This document shows, piece by piece, positions 1 through 12,616 of a DNA stretch of 64,000 nt (position 1 is the stretch's first letter; every line of letters starts with the position of its first letter). This stretch comes from Lepidodermella squamata (Eukaryota > Animalia > Gastrotricha). The translations under genes were made by a program, and so were the position numbers. The notes under the pieces were generated by a model. It was not told where the DNA came from. It did no database searches and worked only from the letters and a program-made list of their open reading frames with translations. The stretch spans positions 3,348,001-3,412,000 of the forward strand of contig JBLDXI010000032.1 of NCBI GenBank assembly GCA_047495785.1, given 5' to 3'.

Positions 1-3000
1 TCAACGACGCAATCAACATGTTTAGCCAGGTAATATTCGTCAGCCATAAATAGGTCACGAATAGGATAGCAGCCACGAAATTCCTGCCAAGAATCGACCC
101 GCCCGATTCGCAGCGCTTGATACCAGGGTCGTCGATAGACCCGGTTATCGTAGGTTCGGTTACCCAGGTCAGCGATGAAGTGTTGTAGACTGGGTTGAAT
201 TTCTGGGCGTAGGACATCGGGCAGGTCTTCTCGATTCTCTCGCGAGTTGTATCGATTGCCACACCGACAAGATTCCACCATCGCTTGTAGACTACGTCCA
301 TTAGCAGGGAGAAGAAATTGGGCTCTTCCTCGTAACTAGTAGCTAAAGACTGAGGATTCGCCAAGGCGAAAATTGGCGGGGCGAATGTTGCGATTAGCAC
401 CCCATAGAGCAGCAAGAAATGCAGCAAGATTGGCACCTAAAAATTCAAAAAATTACCTAAAAAATCGGGAAATATTCAGTAAACTTACAATTTTACCCAA
501 AGTCACGACAAGAATACCGATCGATTTTGATAGATAGAACACGCGGAATGATTTGATCCAGAAGAGCACGCAAGCTAGGGCGTAGAGTGTTTGAGGAAAA
601 ACATAGTACTCAATCGTAAGCGTATGACGAAGAATAAACGAGCTGACGAGGATAGCTTCAGCTAATAAGTCGAACATCACCGAATTGTAAGACCCGTGTA
701 GCAAGCGGCGAATGGTTTCAGACACGAAGGCTTTTGTATCGGAGCTGTTTTGCTCCAAAAATACCAACAAGTCCAAACCAAAGCTCTGGAAAAGTTTTGA
801 TTTTCAGATTGTCAGCTGAGTGAATAGGACTTACCTCATGCAGGGCGTCACATAGCAAACACAGGGACCAAATAAGGATCGTAAATTCAGTTCTCGTAGC
901 ACCCTCGGGATGTAGAGACGTTGTCAAGATAAATGAAGTAAAAAGCAGTAGAAAAGCGAGTAGAGCACACTATTTAAAAAATCAACCTTAAAAACAATTG
1001 AGGGAAAAAATGAAAAAGTAACGCACCGTATGAAACAGGAATTTGATCATAGGAGACGTATATAAATAGAACCAAGCTTTAGGGAAGAACAGTCGATCTG
1101 GTCCGATTCGATTACAACAACCTTGAAACTCGTATCGTATGCTTGGTTTGACCAGTATAGTTCGTTTCCCGTATAGATTTAGCGCAGTCAGCGTGTGAAT
1201 TTTAACATTCTTGCCACTACCACTTTGGAACTGAATACTGTCGCTTTTGCTCGTCGAGGTTGGATCGCGTTTTTTAATTTCAAAGTCCAGAAGAAAGACG
1301 AGGAACGGAAAGAAGGCAGTGATGTAAATCTAAAGATTAGGAAAATTTTAGATTCAGCCATTTAATCGGGAAATGTCAACGGACCAGCATGGAGCTTGTG
1401 AACGAAGCAATACGACCGTTCCAAATCCTAACCAGCTTTGAAAGAACAGCAGGTTGCTCGGTGAATCGCCTCCGTTTCCCATAGAATGCGATCTCAAGAA
1501 CTGTTCGATTTTGCCAAGTTGGCAAAGCTCGGGTCAATAAATCAGACGCACATTCGGGTCTGGCGTCGTTGCATCGAGAGATTACTTCGATGCTTCGACT
1601 AAGCCATATTCTGTTATGAAAAAATTGAGAGAAAAATCATATATAAAATCCAATAGGCTACACTCACTCGGATTGCTTGGCATAAGGCTCAACTAGGCTG
1701 ATCATATCATTCAGCTGAGCACGATAAGAAAGCTCGTTGAGGAAAATGGACGCCATAAGGGCTGTTCCGATATGATCCCGGCCATCGCGCCACAGATTCA
1801 TCGCGAACTTGTCCTGGTTTAATATCAATTGCATCAAGAAAAGATCGCGGCAACCCCAGACGTAGACATTCTTTTCATTCAACGCCCTCGCGGCCTCGCT
1901 GTCCGACTGAATAGTGAAAGGGTTGGACAGATAGCAGCCAAGCATGTCTGCCAGCAGTTCGCCAATATTGAGTAAAGAAACGTTGCATTTATTCTCGCGA
2001 ATCGACTGTTTCGTCAGCATAGTAGCGAATAGCTGAACACATCGTAGCACCAACAGCTTTTTCGGCTGACGAACTTCCTCTTCACTCGGGTCCATTTTTG
2101 ATATCAGCGTCATGTATAGCTCCTGAATCTTGTGCTGAGTCAAATATTTGTCAAGATAAACCAATTTATAGTCGGTGAATAGCTCGTAGAATTCACTCTG
2201 GCCACAAACTATTGATAGGGACATGAGGTCATCCAAGCGTGACCGCTCCATTTTTCGCATGTCGGTGTGATATTTCTCGATGATATCTTTCGCGACATTG
2301 CTCAAATCCCAACGCCTGGCAAGGTCAAACATTCGATAGACAGCCTCGTCGCGAAATAGATCTGCCTTGAAAATCGCGTTGAGTATAGCCTTATCTAAGG
2401 ATAGCTCTCGCGGGTTCCTCAGATCTACAACAGTGACGAGTTTCCGATTTAGCAGGCAGCTGTAAAGATCGTTGACAATTTCCCATTTTTTCGTTTCTTC
2501 CTCGGGTGTATCATTCCCGCTGAGTTTGGCGAGAACAGGGAAAGCAGGGTGTTTAGTAACCTCAAGGAAGAACTCTTTCGGCGCTGAATCTTCATGCATA
2601 GCTTCTCGCTCGATTCCAACAGGCTTTCGAGTTCGAGATTGCATGTAATTATACGCGTGAGCCAGCAGATCGCCAGCCCCGCCGAATCCAGTCAGGGCAA
2701 CAACAGGAGTAACAGCACCGGGATGCTCCTCTGTCCCTTTCAGGGCTAGATGAATCGTCCGCAGGGTGTTCGGACCGCCACCGACGACGAGTAACACCCT
2801 AGGAATGGATGTATGGGTCAGTTGTTCCCTTGGAGTTTGAGGCGTAGCTTCAAGCCCAAGCGATCGCGTTACGTTAGGAATTTCTCCAGCACTCCGCGAC
2901 GTCTGAATGCGCTCCTCCACCTTCTCCTCGTAGATTTGAGCTTTTTGGGCGATGTAATGCATTAAGGAGGCTCGAAATGCAATCTCCTCCCCGTACCGCT

Positions 3001-3966
3001 CTTCGACACCATTGTCGACGAGTAGGTAGTAATTATGGCCGTAATTAAGGGCCGTCCCGCCCCGCGAGTCGACAAAGTAATCAACAGGTTGCCCCCGCGT
3101 GTCGATTGGTGTCTTTTCCAGGGCGTCGCGGTGGTTGACAATACCCCATGAGGCCACGCCAAGGCAAGTTAACGGAATGTTCAACCGCCTCGCCTTGGCA
3201 CAAGCGTCGCCAACAAGTTTCATCACGCCGTTATTAGACCCACCCGTGACTAGCCACGCATCACCGCTTTCGGCCGCCCTAATCAGGCCGTTATTAAATT
3301 TTTCCGTCAGCCGCTCGTTAACACCGGTGAATTCGAGAGCGGTTCCAGTTACCTCGATCAACAACTGCGGCGGGTCGATGGCCCAGTAATCAGGGCTCAT
3401 TAAAAGCTCGCAAACTCGCTCCATGTAAAAATCGTCGGTTCGCCCCTTAAGGCGGATGTATTTCGCCGTGGCGCCGTCGACTTCAGCCATGCATTTAGGG
3501 TCGATGAATCGTATCTCGCCGTAAGAGTTGCACGGTACCTCGACTGATCTAGGCCCCTTGGGATCGTCATCTATAAAAGATTCAGGCTGATGTGAACTCA
3601 GCGGCCGACCACACCAGCAATCAGTTCTAGAAAAAATAGGCTTATGGGAAAGTCTAAATAAAATCTAGAAAAATACTCTTGAAAATTTCTGGTACATTGC
3701 ATGCGTTCGGAGACGTCGAGACGAGCTTTTTCGTATCGTAGACATTTTGTAAGCGTGAAAACTCCGCCGCGTTCGACGAAATCTTCGAAACTTCTCGACG
3801 TTGGTGGATACGCATCGACGACCGTAATTGGCGCTTCAATGTCGCCAGTTGCAAAGGTCACGGTGGGGAGAAGTTGAAGTTCTTCCGGCTAGAAATTCGG
3901 AATATTTTAATAAAAATCCTTAAAATTATACAAATTATCCTTTACCTTTTGTTTCGCTGAAGTCAT
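1..3966 (-). CDS. TRPM: TRPM-family cation channel, paralog 1 (multi-exon; 3' end runs off the window start)
   Basis: Proposed ATG at 3966 (MTSAKQK) splices in frame to PEELQLL at 3888. The exon at 1664-3490 has SLOG/MHR1-2 motifs (IEVTG, WLVTGGSNNGVMKLVG, LGVASWG, LNYGHNYYLLVDNG, GGGPNTL) and MHR3-4 (HIGTALMASIFL). Downstream exons give the TM helices, pore YKRWWNLVGVAID and S6 TNITWLNMLIAS. Confidence 0.93.
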
Positions 3967-5251
3967 AATTTCGCTGAATTATCCAGATTTAAAAACTCAA
4001 GTTGTTTGCACCATTCCTCGAAGAGATAAAACCTCAATTTTAGGAAATAACATCTAAAAAAGGCATAAAAAAATCTTTAAAAAAACATAGATTAATACCT
4101 TGGAGATGGCGCGGTTGATTAATGGCCATTTTTTGCTGGGCTCTAGCTTCATCTGAGCAGTATGTATGCATGTGCTTAATTTGGTCAAGTAAAAGGCACG
4201 CATTATGCTCAAGTATATTATGCAGAGTTAACACCCTTGATGTTCACGTAAAGTACCGCTCGCCTGTAATAAATACATATATATATGCGATAGTGAATGT
4301 GTAGGAGAAGAGCATGTATACAGGCATCTGTAACGGTTGTTGTTTTTTACCTACGGAGAAAGATCGTAAATCATCGCAGCAGAGTAGTAATGCATTCTAC
4401 TTTTTGCTGTTGTAATATACTGAGACACGAGGCAGCATTAAGGCAGCTTGGTCCATTCTTACCTCTTCTACCGTGCATGGCAAAGTGAAGAACTTATCGC
4501 ATGTTTTCCCGTCTCTGTAAAAGTGTTAGGCCTTTCATGCATATAGAATAACGCGCATTTTTGTAATATAAATGAATAGTGAGTGCTATAGTATAGGACA
4601 CGTAGCCAGGCGCATAGAAGACTGACCACTGCGTCGCATTATATATGGCCTATATATTGCCGCGCGGGCTGTGCTGTGTTTGTGCGACAGCAGCAGCAAA
4701 CAACAAACAACGCGATCGACGCGCATGTCGAGTTTTATATTGCAGCACTATTATTAGCAATTGATAAATATAAATAATGCAACTAATAATAAAGTATAAC
4801 TATACTGCCGTATCCGTATCTGAAAAATAATATAACCATTAGCTTCGCTTCCGATAAACTTCGGCAATAAAAATGGTATGCGTTTTCGAGGTAAATAAAT
4901 AAATAAAGCTTGTCATAACGAGACATCGGGAAAATTAAAAAAAAATGAATAAAAATCCGAATAAACCAAATGATGTGAAATAAACACCCTTATCGGCTTT
5001 GAAATCGTTATTTTAATCACGCCGCATGAAAAAGGTCCCTATACTTCCTGACGTGTCATACATTTGGGACAATTTTTTCAACGACAGTTATACATTATAC
5101 AACTTGGTGAGCCAGCGTGCCTCCTTTCTTTTATCTCGGGAGCGGTTGATTTTACCGTAAATTTTATTTGAGGGCTTTTCGACGATTCTCAAGCATGGCT
5201 CGCTCATAAAACTTGTCGACTATAATAATAAACAAACTGGTTTATAATATC

Positions 5252-5410
5252 GCGGGCTGTACGGATTTGCCTAGAATGGCGGAAAGGGAAATGTTGTACT
5301 GAAAAAGCTGGTGGTCCTGTGATCAGGTACGCGACTGACTTGGCGGAGATGATGCAAAAATGTAGTTTTTTCGCCATTTGTTTCTATTCTAGGCAAATCG
5401 CCCAACCCGC
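5252..5410. mobile_element. Short MITE-like element (imperfect ~25 bp terminal inverted repeats)
   Basis: gcgggctgtacggatttgcctagaat at 5252 pairs with attctaggcaaatcgcccaacccgc ending at 5410 (reverse complement gcgggttgggcgatttgcctagaat). Confidence 0.55.
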
Positions 5411-5627
5411 TGAATGATACGTGCTGCTTTCATTCCAGTTTCCGAAAATCTGTGGTCTATCATTTTTTGACATCTCAAGTAACCGGGTTTTCCATTCACG
5501 CCGTGCAAAATGAATAGCAAATAGGTGATATCATGCTCCTGTTGCGAGGCGCCTAGCAACGCCGCTGATTGAAAGAATGAAAAAGGGACTCACCTCGTAG
5601 TTCTAACGTTTTCATCCATCAGAAAAC

Positions 5628-8600
5628 ATGTCGTTTGCAATTTCGCTAGAGCAAATTGCTACTGGCAAAGATTTTGATTCGGCTTCGAAAACAGGCGATT
5701 CGACGTCCTACGACGAGAATCCTTACCAATGGCTTGAGAACACGAACAAATTCATCGAGGAAAACAACGACCTGTTCAGCGTTCCTCATGCGTGTCAATA
5801 TTTCGAATGCGCGCTCGAAAACGATGCCGATCGGATAAAGAACAAAATTGAAACGTTAATTTTTATTATTTTAATCCAACTTAATTATTGACATTTTTTG
5901 AACAGTGGATGTTGCTTATTTTGCGGGCGAAGTCCGGCGAAACACAGCGCCTGCTTCGAATTTACTACGGCATCTCCACCAACACCTTGGAAGTTCAAAG
6001 ACGCAAAAGATGCTGGGAAACTTCGAGATGGTCGCTTGATTTCGAGCCTTAGATACGACCCGTAAGCTTTTTATTTTCTCCGAAATTTATCAAAATTCAT
6101 CGTCCATTTAATTTGAAGAAATACGTGCCGCCGTTGTGGGCTGAAGCAGAAGAGACACTTCAAGAAGTCGAAGGATGCGCCTCAAAAGAAGGCCCATTGT
6201 GCCGAGTTGATGTTCTACGACCCTTACAATGAAGAGGCGACCGATAACATCTCGAAATTTCTACACATTCGAGGCGATTATTTCGATGGGAAGGATCCAA
6301 GGTACAAAACCGCGATTTGCACCATTCTGTTGGATGAGAAATATTGGGACATGCCTTACCCTCGTTTGTTGATCGAGATAACAGGCGGAACATCGATTGA
6401 CCTGATCGATCAGCCGGTTATCAAAGGCCTGAAACAGGGTATCGTAACGGCGGCCCAACAGGCAGATGCTTGGATTGTTACCTGCGGAACTGATTGCGGT
6501 GTCATGAAGATGATTGGCGACGAGGTAGATCGGCTTCGAAGGTTGGAAAAGCCTATCCCTTGCTTAGGCATTGTCCCGTGGGGTATTATCGATAACCGAA
6601 GTGATTTGCGGCCTGTTGAGAACAATGACTACGAGCCTTACGTCTATAAAGTCGACAGCAGTGAGAAGCCTTTGAAGGAATCTCTCAACAAAGGTCATAC
6701 CCATTTCCTATTCATCGATAATGGGAAGGTTGGTATTTACGGTGATGAGACAAGTTTCAGGTCGAAGTTGTTGAGTCACATTTCCGACGATGAGCGAGTT
6801 AGGGATGATAGAGGTGAAGGCATTTCTACGGTGACTATAGTCCTCGGAGGAGGTATGAGCACTCTCGAGACGATTCGCAGGTGTTTCACTGGGAAACACT
6901 TGAACCCTGTCGTCATTGTTTACGGCTTTGGTGGAACAGCTGACGTAGTAGCAGATGCTTATAACTGGGTGATCAAACATGCGTAAGTTTCGTTAAATAA
7001 TTCCAAATTATTCTTCAATATTCGAATTTATTTAGTTTTGACGAATCGGAAGAAGAGCGTATCCAAGCATGTCGCGATCCTGAACTTCGGAAATTTATTC
7101 TATCGAAAAATGATTTGGCGAAACACATCACTGGTACAGGAGAGGCAAGAGAAAAGTCGGAGAAGGAGGTCCTTGACCTAGTTATACTGGTTGTCAAATG
7201 CGCTGTTAATTTTGACCTGGTTTGTTTATTGAACCTTTTCCAAATTTGTTGTGCCAGGTGTGTAACCTAAACTAAAGGTTCCAGCACTAGATTTGCCCTG
7301 ATAGGACAAAGCTAAAATAGCTAAAATTCCGGAGTCTATGAGGGCTCCATAATCGATCAAGAAAGGAATACGACAAATCATTAAGAATCCCAATTTAATA
7401 CCAGGAAGCTCAAATTCAAAGCTGGAACCTCAATTTTAGTGGTTCAAATATTCGGAGCCTCACTTAATTTATCTCATTTATCTGTTCTATTTTTAGCTGA
7501 GCGTGGTCAATGCGCTAGGCCAAGATGCCGAGAGTGGGACAGCTCTTAAAATAGCGATTCTTAAGGCTGCATTCAAGGACGATATCTTCAAGCCTGAGGA
7601 GCCAGAGGTGGAAGAGGCAGGAAAGAAAAAGCTGAAACGGTCCAACAGTAGCGTAGAATTTAAGAAACGAGAAATGGAACCACCATCGGCCATAACCCAG
7701 CTCGAATTCACGCGGCTCTGGGACACGCCATCGCTAGCTCAGGAAATCATCAACAACGATTTTCGAAGCAGTAAAACGCTGAAAAAGCGAGATGCCAAGC
7801 CAGACCTAGCCATTCTAACCCACGAAACGTTCAAAAGTGGCCAGGCCAAATTTGTTTCGCTACTGCTCGACTCGGGCGCTGTTAACGCTGATGCCTTCAT
7901 GAACGCGCAGAATGTGGCGGAAATTTACAAAAAAGTATTTTACTTGAAAATTTCAATTTTTTTTAATTAATAAAAAATTTAGATTTTCAAAAAATCCGAT
8001 AACAAACCGATTGCGTTATTGCGATTTGTTGTCAACTGGAAACCTTCGAAGCCGTTCACCTACGATACCTTCAACGAAATCGGAGACTTTTTCGCCGGCA
8101 ATCTCAAGTGCTTCATCCTCAATATTTTCACAGAAACGCCTGAATACCAAGAATTTATCGAGACATCATTCGATTATCGATACCCCGATGTTCCAAATGC
8201 GCTGAAGCCGCATCGAAACAACTACCGAGATGTATTTTTGCTTCAATTAGCCATGGCCCATAACGACTTGGCTGTCTACTTGTGGCGAAATGGCAAGGAC
8301 CTAACGGCAACTGCGTTAATGGCTTCGATATTTCTTGGCGAGATGAGCGATTTTGCGGCTAGTTTCCGGAAATCAAACGCGTTTGCCTTGTCGCAAATCT
8401 ACAAGGAACAGTCTGAGGTCTGGGAAAAACGAGCTATTGGCGTTATGAATGAGATCGATGAGCGATATTCTGCCCATGTTGACATGATGCTGACTCGGAG
8501 ACTTCGAACCTGGCAAGAACATTCCATACTAGAGGTCGCTTTCTATGGAGATCGGAAATCATTCGTGGAGCAACCAACATTCCAGACGAAGCTCAAACAA

Positions 8601-10503
8601 ATTTGGCATGGGCAAATCGCTCAGATGAAAACTCCGATTTTGGTTAGAAAAATCAATTTTTAATCCACCTTAATTTTTAAATTAATGATTATTTTAGATC
8701 TATTTGGCTGCATTTTTCCCGCTGCTCGTTCTAGCACTCGATTTTGAGCCTGTTGTTCCGTTCAAAACTCGGCGCAAAATCGTTTTCATCTCAGATTCCG
8801 ACATTATGGTAATACCTGATGAGGATGAAGTCAAGCTGTCGTTTTGCGAGAAGATAAAATATCTCTACATGGCGCCGATGATAAAATTCATGTTCTACCT
8901 GATCGCAATAGCTTTCTTCCTCGTCTTCTTCAGCGCATTCATCCTAAGGGGCTATCTGGATCCGACAGGGCCTGACTGGTTTGAAGTCGTTGTGCTGATC
9001 TGGTCAGCTGGGATGCTGATTGATTATTTCCACGCGTACTACGCCGGCGATATTCGAATAGTTCACGAAATGAAAAAGCGGGGCGTGCCGAGAAAGGAGA
9101 GTTGGAAGTTGTTCTGGAGCACCTGCGTCATGGATCGAGCTTTCAACTTCACGGCGGGTTGGTCGGGCATCGATTTCTACAATGGTCTCATCCCAGCTTT
9201 AATCGGAATTCTTCTAATCTGCTCCCTTGTTATGAGGTATTTAGTCGAGATTTAGCATTTCCGAGTCAATGGTTCCATGTTGTTTAGGTTCACACTATCT
9301 CCAGAACAATACGTGTATCCTCGCACAACCTACGTTTTGTCTTGTCTCCTCTTCTGGATAAGGTCATTCATTAATTTCTATGCTTTCGATCAAATTGGGG
9401 CGATTGTCGCCACCATAGCAGAGCTGGTAATTGTTCTAAAAGTTGCCCTAATTTTTTGAAAAAATTTAATTCTAGTTGCCGCTTCTGATCTCGTTCTTTT
9501 CGATCTACTTCATGATTCTCGGATCTTTCGCTGTCCCAATTTACGCCTTAATGGCCCCAGTTACCGTGGATGACCCTAGCACAGGAAGTATCGCCGACCT
9601 CTTCCGAAATCAACAACCGAAATACAACGGCGTCGAGAGTTTCTTCCAACTGATTTCACGCGTCATTTATAACCGCTACTGGAATTTGGTCGGGTTTGAT
9701 ATGGACAATGCTAGGAGTGCCGTTGAAGGGGCGTGTCCTGATTACAAGAATACGTCAATCACATCGACGCCGATTTTCGATACGGACGGAACCTGCGATC
9801 ACGAGTTCAATTTCGTGGCTATTATCCTATTCGTCATCTACATTATGATGACCAACATTGTTTGGATGAATGTTCTTATTGCCTCGTAAGTTGAGATAAT
9901 TCAAAAGAAATCTTCGATTATTCGATAATTTTATCATATAGGCTGTCGCAAAAGGTGGAAGAAGTGGGGGATGAAGCTGAGAAAATTTCGAAATTTAATC
10001 TGCTGAAAGTTACGAGAACCTCGCATTATCGCTGCATCTTGCCTCCACCATTCAGCTTCTTCGAAATTTTGATCCGGCTCTTTATCCTTGTTGGGGCTAA
10101 AGAACCAATGGGTCCTGGTCCTGACAATGACTTTGGTGAATAATAGATTATTTTTAGTAATCTTTAGCTTTTTTATATTATTTTTTTCTCTTCAGTTAAA
10201 ACCCTCCCCAGCGATATGCAGCTTAATGTTGACGAAATTGAACGTGACGTGGCTGACATAGTTTTGGCTGAAGAAAAAGCTAAAAAAGCGGCGAGCGAAC
10301 CGGCGAAGGCGAAGAAGAAAGCAAAACCTCTGCGTCAACACGTCGAGGCCGTTGAGGCTAGAATCATGAAGCGACTGATGAGCAATACGTTAAGGCGGCT
10401 GAACAGGCGAGCAACTATTGATGATTCAGATGCAGTTACGGACCTGCAGAACAGCAGTGAAGATCAAGGCAAATGGGCAGAATCAAAATCGAGGAAAAAC
10501 TAG
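5628..10503 (+). CDS. TRPM: TRPM-family cation channel, paralog 2 (multi-exon, no NUDT9-H or kinase domain)
   Basis: ORF pieces 5628-5891, 6207-6986, 7503-7970, 8019-8663, 8704-9255, 9277-9459, 9476-9889, 9955-10143 and 10216-10503 join through GT-AG introns. Motifs: SLOG (IEITGG, TCGTDCGVMK, LNKGHTHFLFIDNG), TALMASIFL, pore YNRYWNLVGFDMD, S6 MNVLIA, LPPPF, and a short helical C-tail. Confidence 0.93.
7264..7444. mobile_element. Degenerate inverted-repeat insertion in the enlarged intron (7220-7497) of TRPM paralog 2
   Basis: aacctaaactaaaggttccagc on the left pairs with gctggaacctcaattttagtggtt on the right. The intron is ~280 nt versus the usual ~55 nt. Confidence 0.4.
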
Positions 10504-11363
10504 AACTCACGGAAATAGGTTAACATATTAGAACGACAAATGTGCGTCATTTAGATTACGGCGAATAAAAAAATTCTCTCCGCCAACAACACTTTGTGAA
10601 TTTGATGACGTATATGTCGCTTTTGATAACATTCCTATGTTACGTGCACGAGTTTAACCTAGTTCAGGCTTAGCCCGTCTTGCGGCTAATAGCGGGACTG
10701 GATCGCGTAGAACTTTCTCAACGTGCAAAAGTCGTGGCTCGGTGGCCTATTGGTTTCAAGCCGTTAACACGCTGTGTTACGGCAATTCTCCGGTTTTTTC
10801 GTGGATAAACAACAAGCTTGTGCGGAGGTGAGCCATAAGCCGCAATACTGGAAGAATGAAAAAAAATACGCCTTGAAGCCGAATTGAGCATTTTTTCAAG
10901 CTAATTGAACTCAATGCCTAGACAGGTTTTTATGTCAAGAGTTCAAATAGCGCTCGAACTGTCCGAATAGCCTATTTAACTCTTTTGATCGCAACGTCGG
11001 CTATTAAACACAGACATTTTTACAGCGAACACGTAAATGAGTTTACGAAACTGTACTCCAAAAATACCGCATTAGAAGCATTTGAAGCGCCATTTTTAGC
11101 TCGAATTTTAATGTATTCAGTCTGGCCATAGTTTCATTTTCGATCTGTTGAGACAACAAAATATACCGCTTATTTTTTCGCGATGTAGTAAAACCCTATA
11201 GTCTGGATGAGGCATAAAATTCAGTTCACTTTTATTATAAACACGAAAATACGTTTTTCATTCTACAAATAGCACGACATCTCAGCGTTTTTTTACCTGG
11301 TGTGTAAATTGTCTATTTTAATTTTATATAGGCTACGTTATTCATCTATTCACACAGAGGAAA

Positions 11364-12452
11364 ATGATTACAGCACTCGCCGAGAAATGCCTTTTCCCAG
11401 AAACAGTGACTTCTGACATCGAATACCTTCTGGCCGCTCTTGTCCCAATTGTCATTTATCTCCTGATTCGAGGACGGTTGGCGACGTCAAATGACGGTGA
11501 CTCAACAAATCAAACGATTGAAATACGGTCGAGAACTAATGTGGTGTTGATAACTGGAGCCGATACTGGATTCGGCTCGATGCTAGCCGTTTTTCTCGTC
11601 AAACGCGGCTACTGCGTTTTCGCAACTTGTCTGAATGCTGAAAAATCAGCTGCCACGCCCCAGTTTCTCGAGTTGAAACGGAAACATCCAGAAAATTTTC
11701 ATGTCATTCAAATGGATGTGACTAGCGATAAACAAGTTGCTGATGCAATGTTGAAGGTCTCAAATTGGCTTGAAATCAACCCTTCCTACCACCTCCACGC
11801 TGTGGTGAATAACGCCGGGATCACCTATCCTATGGTCCCGTTGGAGCTGCTATCCATGCCTTCTTTCACGAATGTCATGGATATCAATGTTTTCGGCGTT
11901 GTTCGCGTGATGAAGGCCTTCCTACCACTGCTAAGGGGTGTCGAGGGCAGCCGAATCGTTATCATGGGTAGTCTAGCCGGTGAACTGACTTGCCCGATGA
12001 TGTCGGCATATTGCGCCTCGAAATGGGCCCTACTCGCCATAGCAGACACCCTACGCTACGAACTCAGCCGCTTCGGCATTGGCGTTTCAACAATTCTGCC
12101 TGATTTGTACAAAACACAGCTAGTTCTAAACAAAACCCTTCTTCATTCATCGCTAGATAAGGAGGTTGAAAAAATGGACCATACGGTTCTCGACGCTTAC
12201 GGCGGGGAACACGGCGTTCATCTTATGAAGCAGTTCGTCGATGCGATGGAGACGAATGCGAATCCTAATCTACTCCCGGTGATCAAAGCAATGCTGCATG
12301 CGGTTTGCTCGCGCCATCCTAAAAGGCGCTATTATCCTATAAGTTGGACTTCAAGTATCTTCACGACTTTTGCAAAGTGGTTCCCGTCTATGCTTGATGT
12401 TCTAGTGGCCAAAGGCCTCGAATTTGTCGATAAGCCTAGCATCAAGACTTGA
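11364..12452 (+). CDS. Membrane-anchored short-chain dehydrogenase/reductase (SDR9C; retinol dehydrogenase/17-beta-HSD/BDH1-like), intronless
   Basis: N-terminal hydrophobic helix, TGADTGFG Rossmann motif, NNAG, catalytic YCASK, and the C-terminal HAVCSRHPKRRY typical of this SDR clade. Confidence 0.92.
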   Translation: MITALAEKCLFPETVTSDIEYLLAALVPIVIYLLIRGRLATSNDGDSTNQTIEIRSRTNVVLITGADTGFGSMLAVFLVKRGYCVFATCLNAEKSAATPQFLELKRKHPENFHVIQMDVTSDKQVADAMLKVSNWLEINPSYHLHAVVNNAGITYPMVPLELLSMPSFTNVMDINVFGVVRVMKAFLPLLRGVEGSRIVIMGSLAGELTCPMMSAYCASKWALLAIADTLRYELSRFGIGVSTILPDLYKTQLVLNKTLLHSSLDKEVEKMDHTVLDAYGGEHGVHLMKQFVDAMETNANPNLLPVIKAMLHAVCSRHPKRRYYPISWTSSIFTTFAKWFPSMLDVLVAKGLEFVDKPSIKT

Positions 12453-12616
12453 GATGACTGTGTTTAATGGACAATTTTTTTCATATTATTATTTACAACG
12501 GAGTAAGAAATTATTGCGACAAACAGGGTGAGTAATCGACGGCTTTCAACAACAGTTTTTAGTTATGATAATTTTTTAATCCTAACACCGCGACGATTTC
12601 AAATAAATAAAACTAG

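Noticed and set aside
4040-4900. Short ORFs and compositionally odd DNA between TRPM paralogs 1 and 2
   Set aside because: No coding motifs or defined repeat ends; possibly decayed transposon DNA, but unsupported.
5628-10503. Assigning any paralog to TRPM2 or TRPM6/7 specifically
   Set aside because: No NUDT9-H or alpha-kinase domain and a non-canonical pore; orthology needs a phylogeny.
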